64,000 bases of DNA from Candidatus Collierbacteria bacterium GW2011_GWB2_45_17. GTDB lineage: Bacteria; Patescibacteriota; Microgenomatia; UBA1400; MFAQ01. A program made the position numbers and the translations under genes. The DNA lies in assembly GCA_001001485.1 (NCBI GenBank), contig LCKO01000001.1, positions 9,381 through 73,380 on the forward strand, in the 5' to 3' direction. Within the stretch, counting starts at the first letter, position 1. Each line of letters starts with the position of its first letter. This document shows, in pieces, positions 48,834 to 57,629 of the stretch. The notes beneath the pieces were generated by a model, which worked only from the letters and a program-made list of their open reading frames with translations, was not told where the DNA came from and did no database searches.

Positions 48834-48872
48834 TTACAATACTCGGGAACATTCAAATTTCAAGGAGGTCAA

Positions 48873-49469
48873 GTGGATAAAAATTCAATCCTTCATCAGA
48901 TCAACATCGATTTTTTTATACTTTCAGCCACTGTCGTTCAAGATCTCAAAATGATCGCTCTTTGCCGATCCCCTTACTACAAGCACCCTATTGGTTGTCC
49001 AAACTGGGATCACAAAGACGGTTGTCCGCCCCATACCAAACGTTTTTTATCAGTCTATGAGCCGACAGTTTACATCGCCATTGCTCGCTTGGATTTTGGT
49101 AAGTATCTGAAACTTAAAGAAAAAATTCATCCGGGGTGGACAGAGAAAGCTTTAAAAAACCCTCGTCACTGGCAAGGTCACCTAAGAGCCGCTCTCAGAA
49201 ATTTTCTAACTCCGGACAAAATCCACACCGGCTTCGAAATAGTTAAAAATGCGGAAGCCATGGGCATCAATTTGTTCGAAACCTGTGCCAATGCCGGCTT
49301 CGTTCTCGAAAGAGATCCGAAAAATTATGTTTGCCACCTTAATCTCTTGGCTAAACCCACCACCCCTCACCGGGTGGTTTTTTGTTTCGTGGCACCGTGT
49401 CACAGTGTTACCGTGCCACACACCTTATCATTCTCGACCGACTATAATTTAACAAATGGATCTTATTAG
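48873..49469 (+). CDS. Hypothetical Cys-rich protein D (GTG start after AGGAGG); its 3' end reads through a terminator hairpin
   Basis: CRSPYYKHPIGCPNWDHKDGCPP Cys/Pro motif. The upstream part of the ORF-track ORF 48756-49469 was rejected because it spans the preceding terminator and promoter. Confidence 0.4.
   Translation: MDKNSILHQINIDFFILSATVVQDLKMIALCRSPYYKHPIGCPNWDHKDGCPPHTKRFLSVYEPTVYIAIARLDFGKYLKLKEKIHPGWTEKALKNPRHWQGHLRAALRNFLTPDKIHTGFEIVKNAEAMGINLFETCANAGFVLERDPKNYVCHLNLLAKPTTPHRVVFCFVAPCHSVTVPHTLSFSTDYNLTNGSY
49353..49384 (+). terminator. Intrinsic terminator AAACCCACCACCCCTCACCGGGTGGTTTTTTG; followed by a second hairpin GTGGCACCG...CGTGCCAC and a -10-like TATAAT about 9 nt before the ATG at 49456
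   Basis: GC stem plus T-tract. Confidence 0.55.
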
Positions 49470-50343
49470 AAAAATTATTATGGATCTCTGCAAATTCTCT
49501 CCTCGTCAAGGAGAGAACGAGGTCAGAACTGCCCAGTATTTGGAGAACTTTTTGACTCAGAGAAAAATCAACTTCACTTCTCAGTATTTCAAAACCGAAA
49601 TCCCCAATGTTATTCACGCGGAACTCTATCTAGATGGCCAAAGGATACCATGTCTCGGAAAATCATTCGTCGGTGGCATGATTACTTCCAAGGATCAAAT
49701 CGATTTTAGTCCGTATTCAGACTATATCGAAACTATCACTTTTCGGCCCATTCCCACAGTTGCCATTTCCAGGACAAACGCTAAATTCCTAGAGAAAGCC
49801 AACCACGTCCGCGGGGAAGTTGTAGTTGAGAAATATTTATTCCAATCAAGAAACATATTAGTTGGCGATACCATTAATCCCAAAAAAATTATTTTTGCTC
49901 ACTACGATGGTCTTGGTGGGGGAGCAGTGGACAACGCTGGCAGTGTCGCCATTTGTCTCGAACTCTTAATTGAAAACCCTGAACTGTTATCCGAGAACTT
50001 ATTTGTTTTTGCTGGCAACGAAGAACTCAGTTACGACTCTGGAGACTACTGGGGCAAGGGCTACCGTGAATTTGAAAATGAATATCTCACCCTACTAAAA
50101 TCCGCTCTGGAGATTGTGGTTGTCGATGGCGTCGGGGTCAGCCCTCCTGTTATTGTTTCCGAAGACCGAGAAGATGTCTTTCCAATCAATCATTTCGACG
50201 AGTTCTCATCAAAAATTACCTGGCTTTCCAGCATCCAATCAGAAGTCCTCAAATGCTATCACTGTTTGGAAGATACACTTGACAAGTTAAATTTCGGCCA
50301 TTTCGAAGAAACCAGAAAAATGTTAGAAAAGATGTTAGGATAA
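49456..50343 (+). CDS. M28-family zinc peptidase-like protein
   Basis: IIFAHYDGLGGGAVDNAGSVAICLELL resembles the M28/M20 metal-binding segment; N-terminal region SPRQGENEVRTAQYLENFL as in aminopeptidases. Confidence 0.5.
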   Translation: MDLIRKIIMDLCKFSPRQGENEVRTAQYLENFLTQRKINFTSQYFKTEIPNVIHAELYLDGQRIPCLGKSFVGGMITSKDQIDFSPYSDYIETITFRPIPTVAISRTNAKFLEKANHVRGEVVVEKYLFQSRNILVGDTINPKKIIFAHYDGLGGGAVDNAGSVAICLELLIENPELLSENLFVFAGNEELSYDSGDYWGKGYREFENEYLTLLKSALEIVVVDGVGVSPPVIVSEDREDVFPINHFDEFSSKITWLSSIQSEVLKCYHCLEDTLDKLNFGHFEETRKMLEKMLG

Positions 50344-50346
50344 ATT

Positions 50347-50544
50347 ATGACCAATAAATTTAAAAACCTGAAGCCGTATATAGTCAGGACATCAGAAAAT
50401 AATGCATATACTATCCCGAAACTGGTAAGGGGGGAAAAACGCGATAAAATGATTTCCGAAATGGTTGAACTAATCAAAGAAAATAAGAAAATTATTGACG
50501 ATCTCAAATCATCCTCGAAACCAGATGGGTATCTTTTTGGATGA
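50347..50544 (+). CDS. AbrB/MazE-type (swapped-hairpin) antitoxin-like protein
   Basis: 65 aa; IVRTSENNAYTIPKLVRGE resembles SpoVT/AbrB DNA-binding antitoxins; immediately precedes and overlaps a PIN gene. Confidence 0.45.
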   Translation: MTNKFKNLKPYIVRTSENNAYTIPKLVRGEKRDKMISEMVELIKENKKIIDDLKSSSKPDGYLFG

Positions 50545-51094
50545 AAATTTCAAAGAATCAGTAAGAGGTAAATATTGCCTGTTGGATAATGATTTTCTTG
50601 GTGCCTTATTCAATGACAATTCTCTATTCCTTGCGATGAAGGACCTTTTAAATGACTATCCCTTTGTATACGATAATCTGACAAGTTTTGAATTCTTAAG
50701 AGATATCTATGTTCCTAGTCAGATAGTACTCAGGGAAAAATTTTTATCGAAGGATTTATTGTTTCCTCTCTCTGATCATCAAGAAATATATACAAAGACT
50801 CAAACCAATGCTCTCATCCTTTCCAAGATTTATGCCCAAAATAATTCAAAGTTAAATCAGAAGGGTTCAGCAAGTTTTACCGATATTTTTTTAGCTTCTA
50901 GATTAATGTCTTTGGGGAGTAAATACTTACTTATTACCGGAAATAAAAAAGACTTTCCCAATTATATCTTTGATACAAAAGGCATCATTACAAACGAGGA
51001 GGCAAGCGGAGCTCTAAGAAGCTACTCACTTCTATCATTTGATCCGGATAAATTTGATAAGTGTTTCAAGGAATTAGGCGGGGTGGGCAATTAA
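50525..51094 (+). CDS. PIN-domain nuclease-like toxin (VapC-like)
   Basis: CLLDNDFLGALFND near the N-terminus and LLITGNKKDF near the C-terminus fit the PIN acidic motifs. The ORF-track ORF starts at 50495; Met at 50525 chosen. Confidence 0.45.
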   Translation: MGIFLDENFKESVRGKYCLLDNDFLGALFNDNSLFLAMKDLLNDYPFVYDNLTSFEFLRDIYVPSQIVLREKFLSKDLLFPLSDHQEIYTKTQTNALILSKIYAQNNSKLNQKGSASFTDIFLASRLMSLGSKYLLITGNKKDFPNYIFDTKGIITNEEASGALRSYSLLSFDPDKFDKCFKELGGVGN

Positions 51095-51124
51095 ACCTAG
51101 AGCTGGTAGAATAAGAATCACGAC

Positions 51125-52405
51125 ATGAATACTTTATTAGCCCCCTTGCGCGCCTTATTCAAGATTAAAGATCTCAGGAATCGCCTTATTTTTACCGCGA
51201 TTATTATTGCTATTTTTCGTTTAGTGGCTCACATTCCGGCTCCCGGAATCAATTTAGCCGCTCTGAAACAGCTTTTTGATGGTTCTGCCTTCCTCTCCCT
51301 TCTTGATATTTTTTCTGGCGGTACGCTGACTAATTTTTCCGTCATGGCTCTTGGTCTTAATCCCTACATCAACGCCTCTATCATTATGCAGATGATGGGT
51401 ATGGTCGTTCCCAAGTTGGAAGAGCTGCAAAAAGAAGGGGACTATGGTCGCCAGAAAATTAATCAATACACTCGCCTTTTAACTATCCCTCTTTGTTTCT
51501 TTCAAGGGATCGCTTTAATATTTCTTCTTCGGGGTCAAGGACTTACCACCACCACCGATCCTCTAAAACTCGCCGCCATTGTCTTTACCCTCGCCGCCGG
51601 CACTTCATTTCTCATCTGGCTCGGTGAACAGCTCAACGACTATGGTGTGGGCAACGGTATTAGTTTGATTATCTTTGTCGGTATCGTTACCCGTTTGCCG
51701 GTCGCCGCCGCTCAAATGTTAGCCACTATTGACCCCACCAAAATATTTACTTACTTAATTTTTGCTTTTTTTGCTATCGCCTCGGTCTATGCCATTGTCC
51801 GCGTCGGCGAAGCCGTTCGCGAAGTTCCCATCCAATCGGCGAGACGCGGCGCCTCTTTTACCTCGACATTGGGCAATCACCTGCCTCTCCGTCTAAATCA
51901 AGCCGGCGTGATCCCGATTATCTTCGCTGTTTCTTTTATGTTGATTCCGAATCTTCTTGGTCGGGTCTTCGCCGGTTCTGGTCAAGCCTGGTTAGCCGGA
52001 GTCTCCCGAAACATTACTCTCTATTTGGCGCCGGAATCCATTCTTTATAATGCCCTCTACTTTGGTTTAGTAGTTGCCTTTTGTTATTTCTATACTGCCG
52101 TGGTTTTTAATCCCGAAAAAATCGCCAAGGATCTTCGTCAGTCCGGCTCTTTTATTCCCGGTATCCGTCCCGGTCCCAACACGGTTGATTACCTAAATTT
52201 TGTTCTAAATAGAATTACTTTGGTAGGAGCCTCATTTTTGGGTCTGGTGGCCGTCTTTCCCTCCATTATTTCCGGGATGACCGGCATTACCGGGTTGGCC
52301 ATCGGCGGCACCGGTATCTTAATCGTCGTCTCCGTCGTTCTGGAAATTCTTAAATCCATCAACTCTCAGCTCTACATGTACAGTTACGATAAATTTCTCG
52401 ACTAA
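51125..52405 (+). CDS. secY: Preprotein translocase SecY
   Basis: 10 TM helices, SecY signature. Confidence 0.9.
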   Translation: MNTLLAPLRALFKIKDLRNRLIFTAIIIAIFRLVAHIPAPGINLAALKQLFDGSAFLSLLDIFSGGTLTNFSVMALGLNPYINASIIMQMMGMVVPKLEELQKEGDYGRQKINQYTRLLTIPLCFFQGIALIFLLRGQGLTTTTDPLKLAAIVFTLAAGTSFLIWLGEQLNDYGVGNGISLIIFVGIVTRLPVAAAQMLATIDPTKIFTYLIFAFFAIASVYAIVRVGEAVREVPIQSARRGASFTSTLGNHLPLRLNQAGVIPIIFAVSFMLIPNLLGRVFAGSGQAWLAGVSRNITLYLAPESILYNALYFGLVVAFCYFYTAVVFNPEKIAKDLRQSGSFIPGIRPGPNTVDYLNFVLNRITLVGASFLGLVAVFPSIISGMTGITGLAIGGTGILIVVSVVLEILKSINSQLYMYSYDKFLD

Positions 52406-52460
52406 AATGAAAATAATTTCAGCAAGACTAGTCTCTGGCTAGCAAGTGACAAATCAATAA

Positions 52461-53294
52461 ATGGTCAAGAAAAGATACAATCTCAAAGTTAAAGGCCTTG
52501 AAATAAGTATTTTTCAAATAGACAACTCTGATTACGTTTCCCTTACCGATATGGCCAAGTACAAAGATATTTTTAGAAGCGATTATATTTTGCAAAATTG
52601 GATTAGAGGCAAGCATGTCATAGAGTTTCTCGGACTATGGGAAAAACTTTACAACAAAAACTTTAAACCCATCGAATTCGATGGGTTTATGTCAGAGTCA
52701 GGGTCAAACAGTTTTGTCCTGACACCAAAAAAGTGGATCGAGAAAACAAATGCCATCGGTATTATTTCCAGAGTTGGTCGGGGGGGAGGAACCTATGCCC
52801 ACAAAGATATTGCCTTTGAGTTTGCTTCATGGATAAGTGTTGAATTTAAACTATATCTTATTAAAGAATTTCAAAGACTCAAAGAAGAAGAGGGTCTTCG
52901 GTTAGAACAAGGTTGGGATACCAAGCGCACTCTTGCCAAAATAAATTACAAAATTCACACCGATTCTATCAAAGAACATATCATTCCCACAGTTATACCA
53001 AAAACCAAGTCGAGTACAATTTACGCCAACGAAGCAGACGTATTAAACGTAGCTTTATTTGGTCAAACAGCCAAAGATTGGCGAGTAAAAAATCCAAACA
53101 AAGATGGCAATATTCGAGACTACGCTAATGTAATGCAACTAATCATCTTGGTCAATCTGGAAAGTTTTAATGCTGAACTAATTAGGCGAGGTATTTCACA
53201 ATCTGTAAGGTTAGTTGAATTAAACAAAGTTGCAATCTTTCAAGCAAGATCGTTAATAGGTAACAGCCAAATTAATAAAATAGGTAAAATATAA
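52461..53294 (+). CDS. KilA-N domain protein
   Basis: GGTYAHKDIAFEFASWISVEFKLYLIKEF is the conserved KilA-N core. Confidence 0.6.
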   Translation: MVKKRYNLKVKGLEISIFQIDNSDYVSLTDMAKYKDIFRSDYILQNWIRGKHVIEFLGLWEKLYNKNFKPIEFDGFMSESGSNSFVLTPKKWIEKTNAIGIISRVGRGGGTYAHKDIAFEFASWISVEFKLYLIKEFQRLKEEEGLRLEQGWDTKRTLAKINYKIHTDSIKEHIIPTVIPKTKSSTIYANEADVLNVALFGQTAKDWRVKNPNKDGNIRDYANVMQLIILVNLESFNAELIRRGISQSVRLVELNKVAIFQARSLIGNSQINKIGKI

Positions 53295-53296
53295 AT

Positions 53297-53857
53297 ATGA
53301 ACATCATTATTCTCGGTCCACAAGGATCCGGCAAGGGCACTCAAGCCCAGTTACTGGCCGAAAAATTTGGTTTAACCAATATTTCTTCCGGAAAACTTCT
53401 TCGTGAGGAAGCCAAAAATGATACCGAAAAAGGCAGATTGGTTGCCGACCTTCTCACTACCGGCGCTCTTCTTCCCTTCGACACCGTCCTTGAAGTCACC
53501 GAGCCAGTACTACTTCAGGCAAAATCCGGATTTATTATCGATGGCACCCCGCGAGACTTAATGCAAGCTGAGTATCTTGATTGGTATCTATTAGAGCGTC
53601 AGATAAATATCGACAAGGTGATCCTTCTGAACATTCCTAGAGAAGTTAGTCTGGATAGACTGTCCAAAAGAGCCAAAATTGAAAACCGCTCCGATGATAC
53701 TCCGGAAGCCATTCACGAAAGACTGGATATTTACGAGAGAGAAACCCTTCCCGTTGTCGAGTATTATCGAAAACAAGGAAAACTTATCGAAATCGATGGT
53801 ACCCCCGATATTCAAAGTATCTTCCTAGACATTGTCACCAAACTATCCACCAAATGA
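53297..53857 (+). CDS. adk: Adenylate kinase
   Basis: GPQGSGKGTQ P-loop; 186 aa. Confidence 0.9.
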   Translation: MNIIILGPQGSGKGTQAQLLAEKFGLTNISSGKLLREEAKNDTEKGRLVADLLTTGALLPFDTVLEVTEPVLLQAKSGFIIDGTPRDLMQAEYLDWYLLERQINIDKVILLNIPREVSLDRLSKRAKIENRSDDTPEAIHERLDIYERETLPVVEYYRKQGKLIEIDGTPDIQSIFLDIVTKLSTK

Positions 53858-54588
53858 CCAAACTTCAAGTTATGACCGAAGGCGGCAAGCGTCTGGGTCG
53901 GATCAAAAGTCAGTTGGCTGATATGGTCAAAGAAGGTGTTACTCCTCTGGAAATTGATAATTTTGCCGAGAAACTCATTAGTGAAGGAGGAGATAAACCT
54001 TCATTCAAGATGGTTCAGGGCTACAAGTACTCTACCTGTATCAATATCAACGCCGGCATGGTTCATGGAATCCCCGGGAAAACCCCTTTTAGACCAGGTG
54101 ATGTAGTCAAAGTAGATATGGGACTTTTTCATGAAGGTTATCATCTTGATACCTCCACCACCATTCAAATTCCTCCTTATACCCCTGAAGTCAGCAAATT
54201 CCTTAAGGTCAGCCAAGAGTCTCTCAAAGCCGCTATCTTTGCCGCCACTCCCGGTAACACTGTTTACGACCTTGGAGTGGCCATGCAGACCGTGGCGGAA
54301 AGCGCGGGCTACAACGTCATTCGTGACCTCACCGGCCATGGGATCGGCCGTCAGCTTCACATGGAGCCTTTTATTCCTTGCTTCGCCGACAAGAGAAACA
54401 AGAAGTTTGTTCTGGCCGTAGACCAGACCGTGGCTATCGAGGCTATGGTAACTATGGGGGACTGGCATCTGGTCGAAGATCCGGACGGCTGGACTCTGTC
54501 TACCCAAGACGGCTCTCTCACGGCCATGTTCGAAGAAACCGTCTACCTCACCCCCAACGGTCCCCTCATCCTCACCGCCGTGTGTTAA
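53854..54588 (+). CDS. map: Methionine aminopeptidase type I
   Basis: Pita-bread fold motifs. Confidence 0.85.
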   Translation: MTKLQVMTEGGKRLGRIKSQLADMVKEGVTPLEIDNFAEKLISEGGDKPSFKMVQGYKYSTCININAGMVHGIPGKTPFRPGDVVKVDMGLFHEGYHLDTSTTIQIPPYTPEVSKFLKVSQESLKAAIFAATPGNTVYDLGVAMQTVAESAGYNVIRDLTGHGIGRQLHMEPFIPCFADKRNKKFVLAVDQTVAIEAMVTMGDWHLVEDPDGWTLSTQDGSLTAMFEETVYLTPNGPLILTAVC

Positions 54589-54630
54589 AATACCCATCTT
54601 CTCGCAACTTAAAATTATAGGAGGCTTCCC

Positions 54631-55008
54631 GTGTCCAAAAACAAAGTTCTTGTCCTTCATTCCGCAGACAGTTCTGCTCGAGCCGAAACTTTCAAAAAAT
54701 GGCTGGAAAACCTGGATTTTAGTGTTTCAACCATGAACGACTTAAACAAATCAGAATCCGAGTCCGCCTACCGTCTTTTACAAAAAGCGATCGAAGGAAA
54801 CGATCGTGTTGTTATCTTGGTTTCCACCGGGATTTTTAACAGTTGTGTTCTGAGGTTTGGTATAGGCTACGCCCTCGGTGCCGGCAAGAAGATAGTCTCA
54901 GTCGTCAAGGACACCGATAGGGTTATTATGCCCTCTTGGTACGCCAATCTATTTGTACCGTTAAATAGCTACGACGAGGGCGAAATCTGGTCCAAACTGA
55001 AAAAATAA
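54631..55008 (+). CDS. Small TIR-like / SLOG (nucleoside 2-deoxyribosyltransferase-like) fold protein
   Basis: KVLVLHSADSS (TIR beta-A-like), then DRVVILVSTGIFNSCVLRFGIGYALGAGKKIV; SD AGGAGG with GTG start; own terminator. Confidence 0.4.
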   Translation: MSKNKVLVLHSADSSARAETFKKWLENLDFSVSTMNDLNKSESESAYRLLQKAIEGNDRVVILVSTGIFNSCVLRFGIGYALGAGKKIVSVVKDTDRVIMPSWYANLFVPLNSYDEGEIWSKLKK

Positions 55009-55012
55009 CTTC

Positions 55013-55037
55013 CCAGCCCCCGAAAGGGGGCTTTTTC
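55013..55037 (+). terminator. Intrinsic terminator AGCCCCCGAAAGGGGGCTTTTT
   Basis: 7-bp GC stem, GAAA loop, T-tract. Confidence 0.65.
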
Positions 55038-55105
55038 TAGCCAAGATTAGCCACTAGCCTAAGCAATATTTGACATTCCGTACACATCGTCATAATATAT
55101 AAGTA

Positions 55106-55402
55106 GTGAAATTTGACTGGAATCCAGACAAAAACAAGCTTTTAAAATTAACCAGAGGGATTGATTTTCAATCAATTGTGCGGGCCATAAAGAAAAAGAA
55201 GGTCTTGTTAGATACGCCACACTTTGATCAAATCAGGTATCCAAAACAAAGAATATTAATTATTTCTATCAAAAGTTACGCCTATATTGTCCCATATGTT
55301 CAAAATGGACCAACACGATTTTTAAAAACTATTTATCCAAGTCGCCGATATTATAAAAAATATTTAAAAAATGCCCAAAAAGCCAAAATTCGATCCCTTT
55401 AA
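55106..55402 (+). CDS. BrnT toxin (DUF497), second copy
   Basis: MKFDWNPDKNKLLKLTRGIDFQSIV...RILIISIKSYAY...FLKTIYPSRRYYKKY. Confidence 0.65.
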   Translation: MKFDWNPDKNKLLKLTRGIDFQSIVRAIKKKKVLLDTPHFDQIRYPKQRILIISIKSYAYIVPYVQNGPTRFLKTIYPSRRYYKKYLKNAQKAKIRSL

Positions 55403-55673
55403 AAACCTAGTTCTGGACGAGTACGAACAAGAATTGGAAGATAGTATCCCAGACGACATTGTATTAACTCCACCCTCACCAGCTAGGCTTGCTATACTCA
55501 AGAAAGCCGCCGAAAATACTCTCAGAGACTTAGAACTTCAAAAAAAGAGCAAAAACATCAATTTGAGAGTCACCGAGGCCACCTTTCGCAACCTAAAATC
55601 AAAGGCCACCAGGCTCGGTTTGCCATATCAAACTCTAGCCTCTAGTATTCTTCACCAATACTCCAGTAAATAG
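55371..55673 (+). CDS. BrnA antitoxin, second copy
   Basis: INLRVTEATFRNLKSKATRLGLPYQTLASSILHQY. Confidence 0.65.
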   Translation: MPKKPKFDPFKNLVLDEYEQELEDSIPDDIVLTPPSPARLAILKKAAENTLRDLELQKKSKNINLRVTEATFRNLKSKATRLGLPYQTLASSILHQYSSK

Positions 55674-55738
55674 TACCCAAATTAGCCACTAGTCAAATGT
55701 GGCTAACTTTGGTACAATACCGTTTGCACAACTAAAAT

Positions 55739-55957
55739 ATGGCTAAAAACCAGATGACTGAGGTAAACGGAGTCGTCTCCGAGTCGCTACCCAATATGCA
55801 GTTTCGGGTAACTCTCGAAGATGGCAGAGAAATCTTGGCTCATCTTGCTGGCAGAATGCGGCTTCATCGCATTCGCGTCATGCCCGGGGACAAAGTAAAG
55901 CTCGAAATGAGCGAATACGACCTGGACAAAGGCAGGATAGTTTACAGATCAAGCTAG
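55739..55957 (+). CDS. infA: Translation initiation factor IF-1
   Basis: S1-like OB fold; 72 aa. Confidence 0.9.
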   Translation: MAKNQMTEVNGVVSESLPNMQFRVTLEDGREILAHLAGRMRLHRIRVMPGDKVKLEMSEYDLDKGRIVYRSS

Positions 55958-56003
55958 ATTCCGTTTCACTCACCAATAATTATTTAAATAAACTAAAACG
56001 CGC

Positions 56004-56117
56004 ATGCGGGTTCAATCGTCCGTCAGACCTCGTTGCAAGAATTGCAAAATTATTAAACGCCATGGTAAGGTGTTGGTCATTTGTACCAATCCCCGCCATA
56101 AACAACGCCAAGGATAA
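56004..56117 (+). CDS. rpmJ: 50S ribosomal protein L36 (not in the ORF track; found by manual translation)
   Basis: ATGCGGGTTCAATCG... translates to [37 protein letters not shown]. Confidence 0.8.
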   Translation: MRVQSSVRPRCKNCKIIKRHGKVLVICTNPRHKQRQG

Positions 56118-56120
56118 CCC

Positions 56121-56546
56121 ATGCCCAGACTTTCCGGTATCGATATTCCCAACGAAAAAAGAATTGATATCTCTCTAACCTATATCTATGGTGTCGGTGA
56201 TATGGTCGCCAAAGATATCCTCAAAAAATCCAAGGTGGCTCCTCATATTCGTACCAAAGATCTCTCCGGAGAAGAGTTAAAAAGTATTCAAACTGTCTTA
56301 GACACTCTCCCCACCGAAGGAGAACTTCGTAAAATGGTGCGCGATAATATCGAAACTCTCAAAAGAATTCAAGCCTACCGAGGGACAAGACACTCTATGG
56401 GTCTTCCGGTTAGAGGCCAACGGACCAAAACCAACGCCCGTACCAGAAAAGGCAAGCGAAAGACCATTGGTGCTATCTCCAAAGAAGCCTCTACCGCTAT
56501 CTCCCCCGCTCCGGCCGCCAAGGCTCCTGTAGCCAAAAAGAAATAA
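56121..56546 (+). CDS. rpsM: 30S ribosomal protein S13
   Basis: S13 signature. Confidence 0.9.
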   Translation: MPRLSGIDIPNEKRIDISLTYIYGVGDMVAKDILKKSKVAPHIRTKDLSGEELKSIQTVLDTLPTEGELRKMVRDNIETLKRIQAYRGTRHSMGLPVRGQRTKTNARTRKGKRKTIGAISKEASTAISPAPAAKAPVAKKK

Positions 56547-56556
56547 CTAAAACCAC

Positions 56557-56970
56557 ATGCCAGAAGAAAAACCCATCATCAAACCGGTCTTAAAAAACAA
56601 AAAAGCCTCCGCCATTCATTTTAAAAGCGGTCAGGGTAAAATGTATGTCAAGTCTACCTTCAATACAACCTATGTTACTTTTACCGACACCACGGGCAAC
56701 ACTGTTTGTTGGAGTAGCGCCGGCACTTGTGGTTTCAAAGGGGCCAAGAGATCCACTCCGTTTGCGGCTACCACCATTATTGAAGAAGGTCTTCGAAAAG
56801 CCAAAACTCTAGGCCTAACTAACATCGATGTCTATCTCAAAGGCCCCGGACCAGGGAAAGACGCCGCTCTTCGTGTTCTAAAGACCTCCGGTGCCGAAAT
56901 CAATATGCTGGCCGACACCACTCCCATTCCCCACAACGGCTGTCGCCCCAGAAAACATCGCCGAGTCTAA
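56557..56970 (+). CDS. rpsK: 30S ribosomal protein S11
   Basis: S11 signature. Confidence 0.9.
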   Translation: MPEEKPIIKPVLKNKKASAIHFKSGQGKMYVKSTFNTTYVTFTDTTGNTVCWSSAGTCGFKGAKRSTPFAATTIIEEGLRKAKTLGLTNIDVYLKGPGPGKDAALRVLKTSGAEINMLADTTPIPHNGCRPRKHRRV

Positions 56971-57005
56971 ACCAAGAACTAATAACCAATAACTAAAAAT
57001 AAAAC

Positions 57006-57629
57006 ATGGCCAAATACATCGATCCCAAATGCAGACTTTGTCGCCGAGAAGGTGAAAAGCTTTATTTGAAAGGTGCCCGTTGTTTCACCCCCAAATGTCC
57101 CATTGAAAAAAGAGGCGGTCAAATCCCCGGTCAGCACGGCAAAAAAAGAACCCGTGGTCGTATTTCCGGCTATGGCATTCAGCTTCGTGAAAAACAAAAG
57201 GCCAAACGCCTTTATGGTGTTCTCGAAGGCCAGTTCCATCGCTACTACGAGCTCGCTATCAAATCAAAAGACAACACCGCCGAAATGTTGGTCCAGCTCT
57301 TGGAATCCCGTTTAGACAATATCTGTTACCGCCTAGGTTTTACTCTTTCCAGATCACTTGCTCGTCAATTAGTTACTCATGGCAACGTTCTGGTCGATGG
57401 TAAAAAGGTCGATGTACCCTCATTTCAAACCAAACCCGGTATGATTATCTCTCTTCCTGCCCATGCCGCTAAGTTCGACTTTGTCGCTCCTAATCTGATC
57501 GAAAAAAATGCCCCCGCCAAGTGGCTTTCTCGTGTGGGCACACAGGGTAAAATCGACCGTCTACCAGGAAGAGACGAAGTTGGCACGGACATGAAGACCA
57601 ATCTCATTATTGAGTTCTACTCAAGATAA
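57006..57629 (+). CDS. rpsD: 30S ribosomal protein S4
   Basis: S4 signature. Confidence 0.9.
   Translation: MAKYIDPKCRLCRREGEKLYLKGARCFTPKCPIEKRGGQIPGQHGKKRTRGRISGYGIQLREKQKAKRLYGVLEGQFHRYYELAIKSKDNTAEMLVQLLESRLDNICYRLGFTLSRSLARQLVTHGNVLVDGKKVDVPSFQTKPGMIISLPAHAAKFDFVAPNLIEKNAPAKWLSRVGTQGKIDRLPGRDEVGTDMKTNLIIEFYSR

Noticed and set aside
48756-48872. The 5' extension of ORF 48756-49469 as given in the ORF track
   Set aside because: The extension spans the intrinsic terminator and the TTACAAT box downstream of gene C; a GTG preceded by AGGAGG at 48873 is the more plausible start
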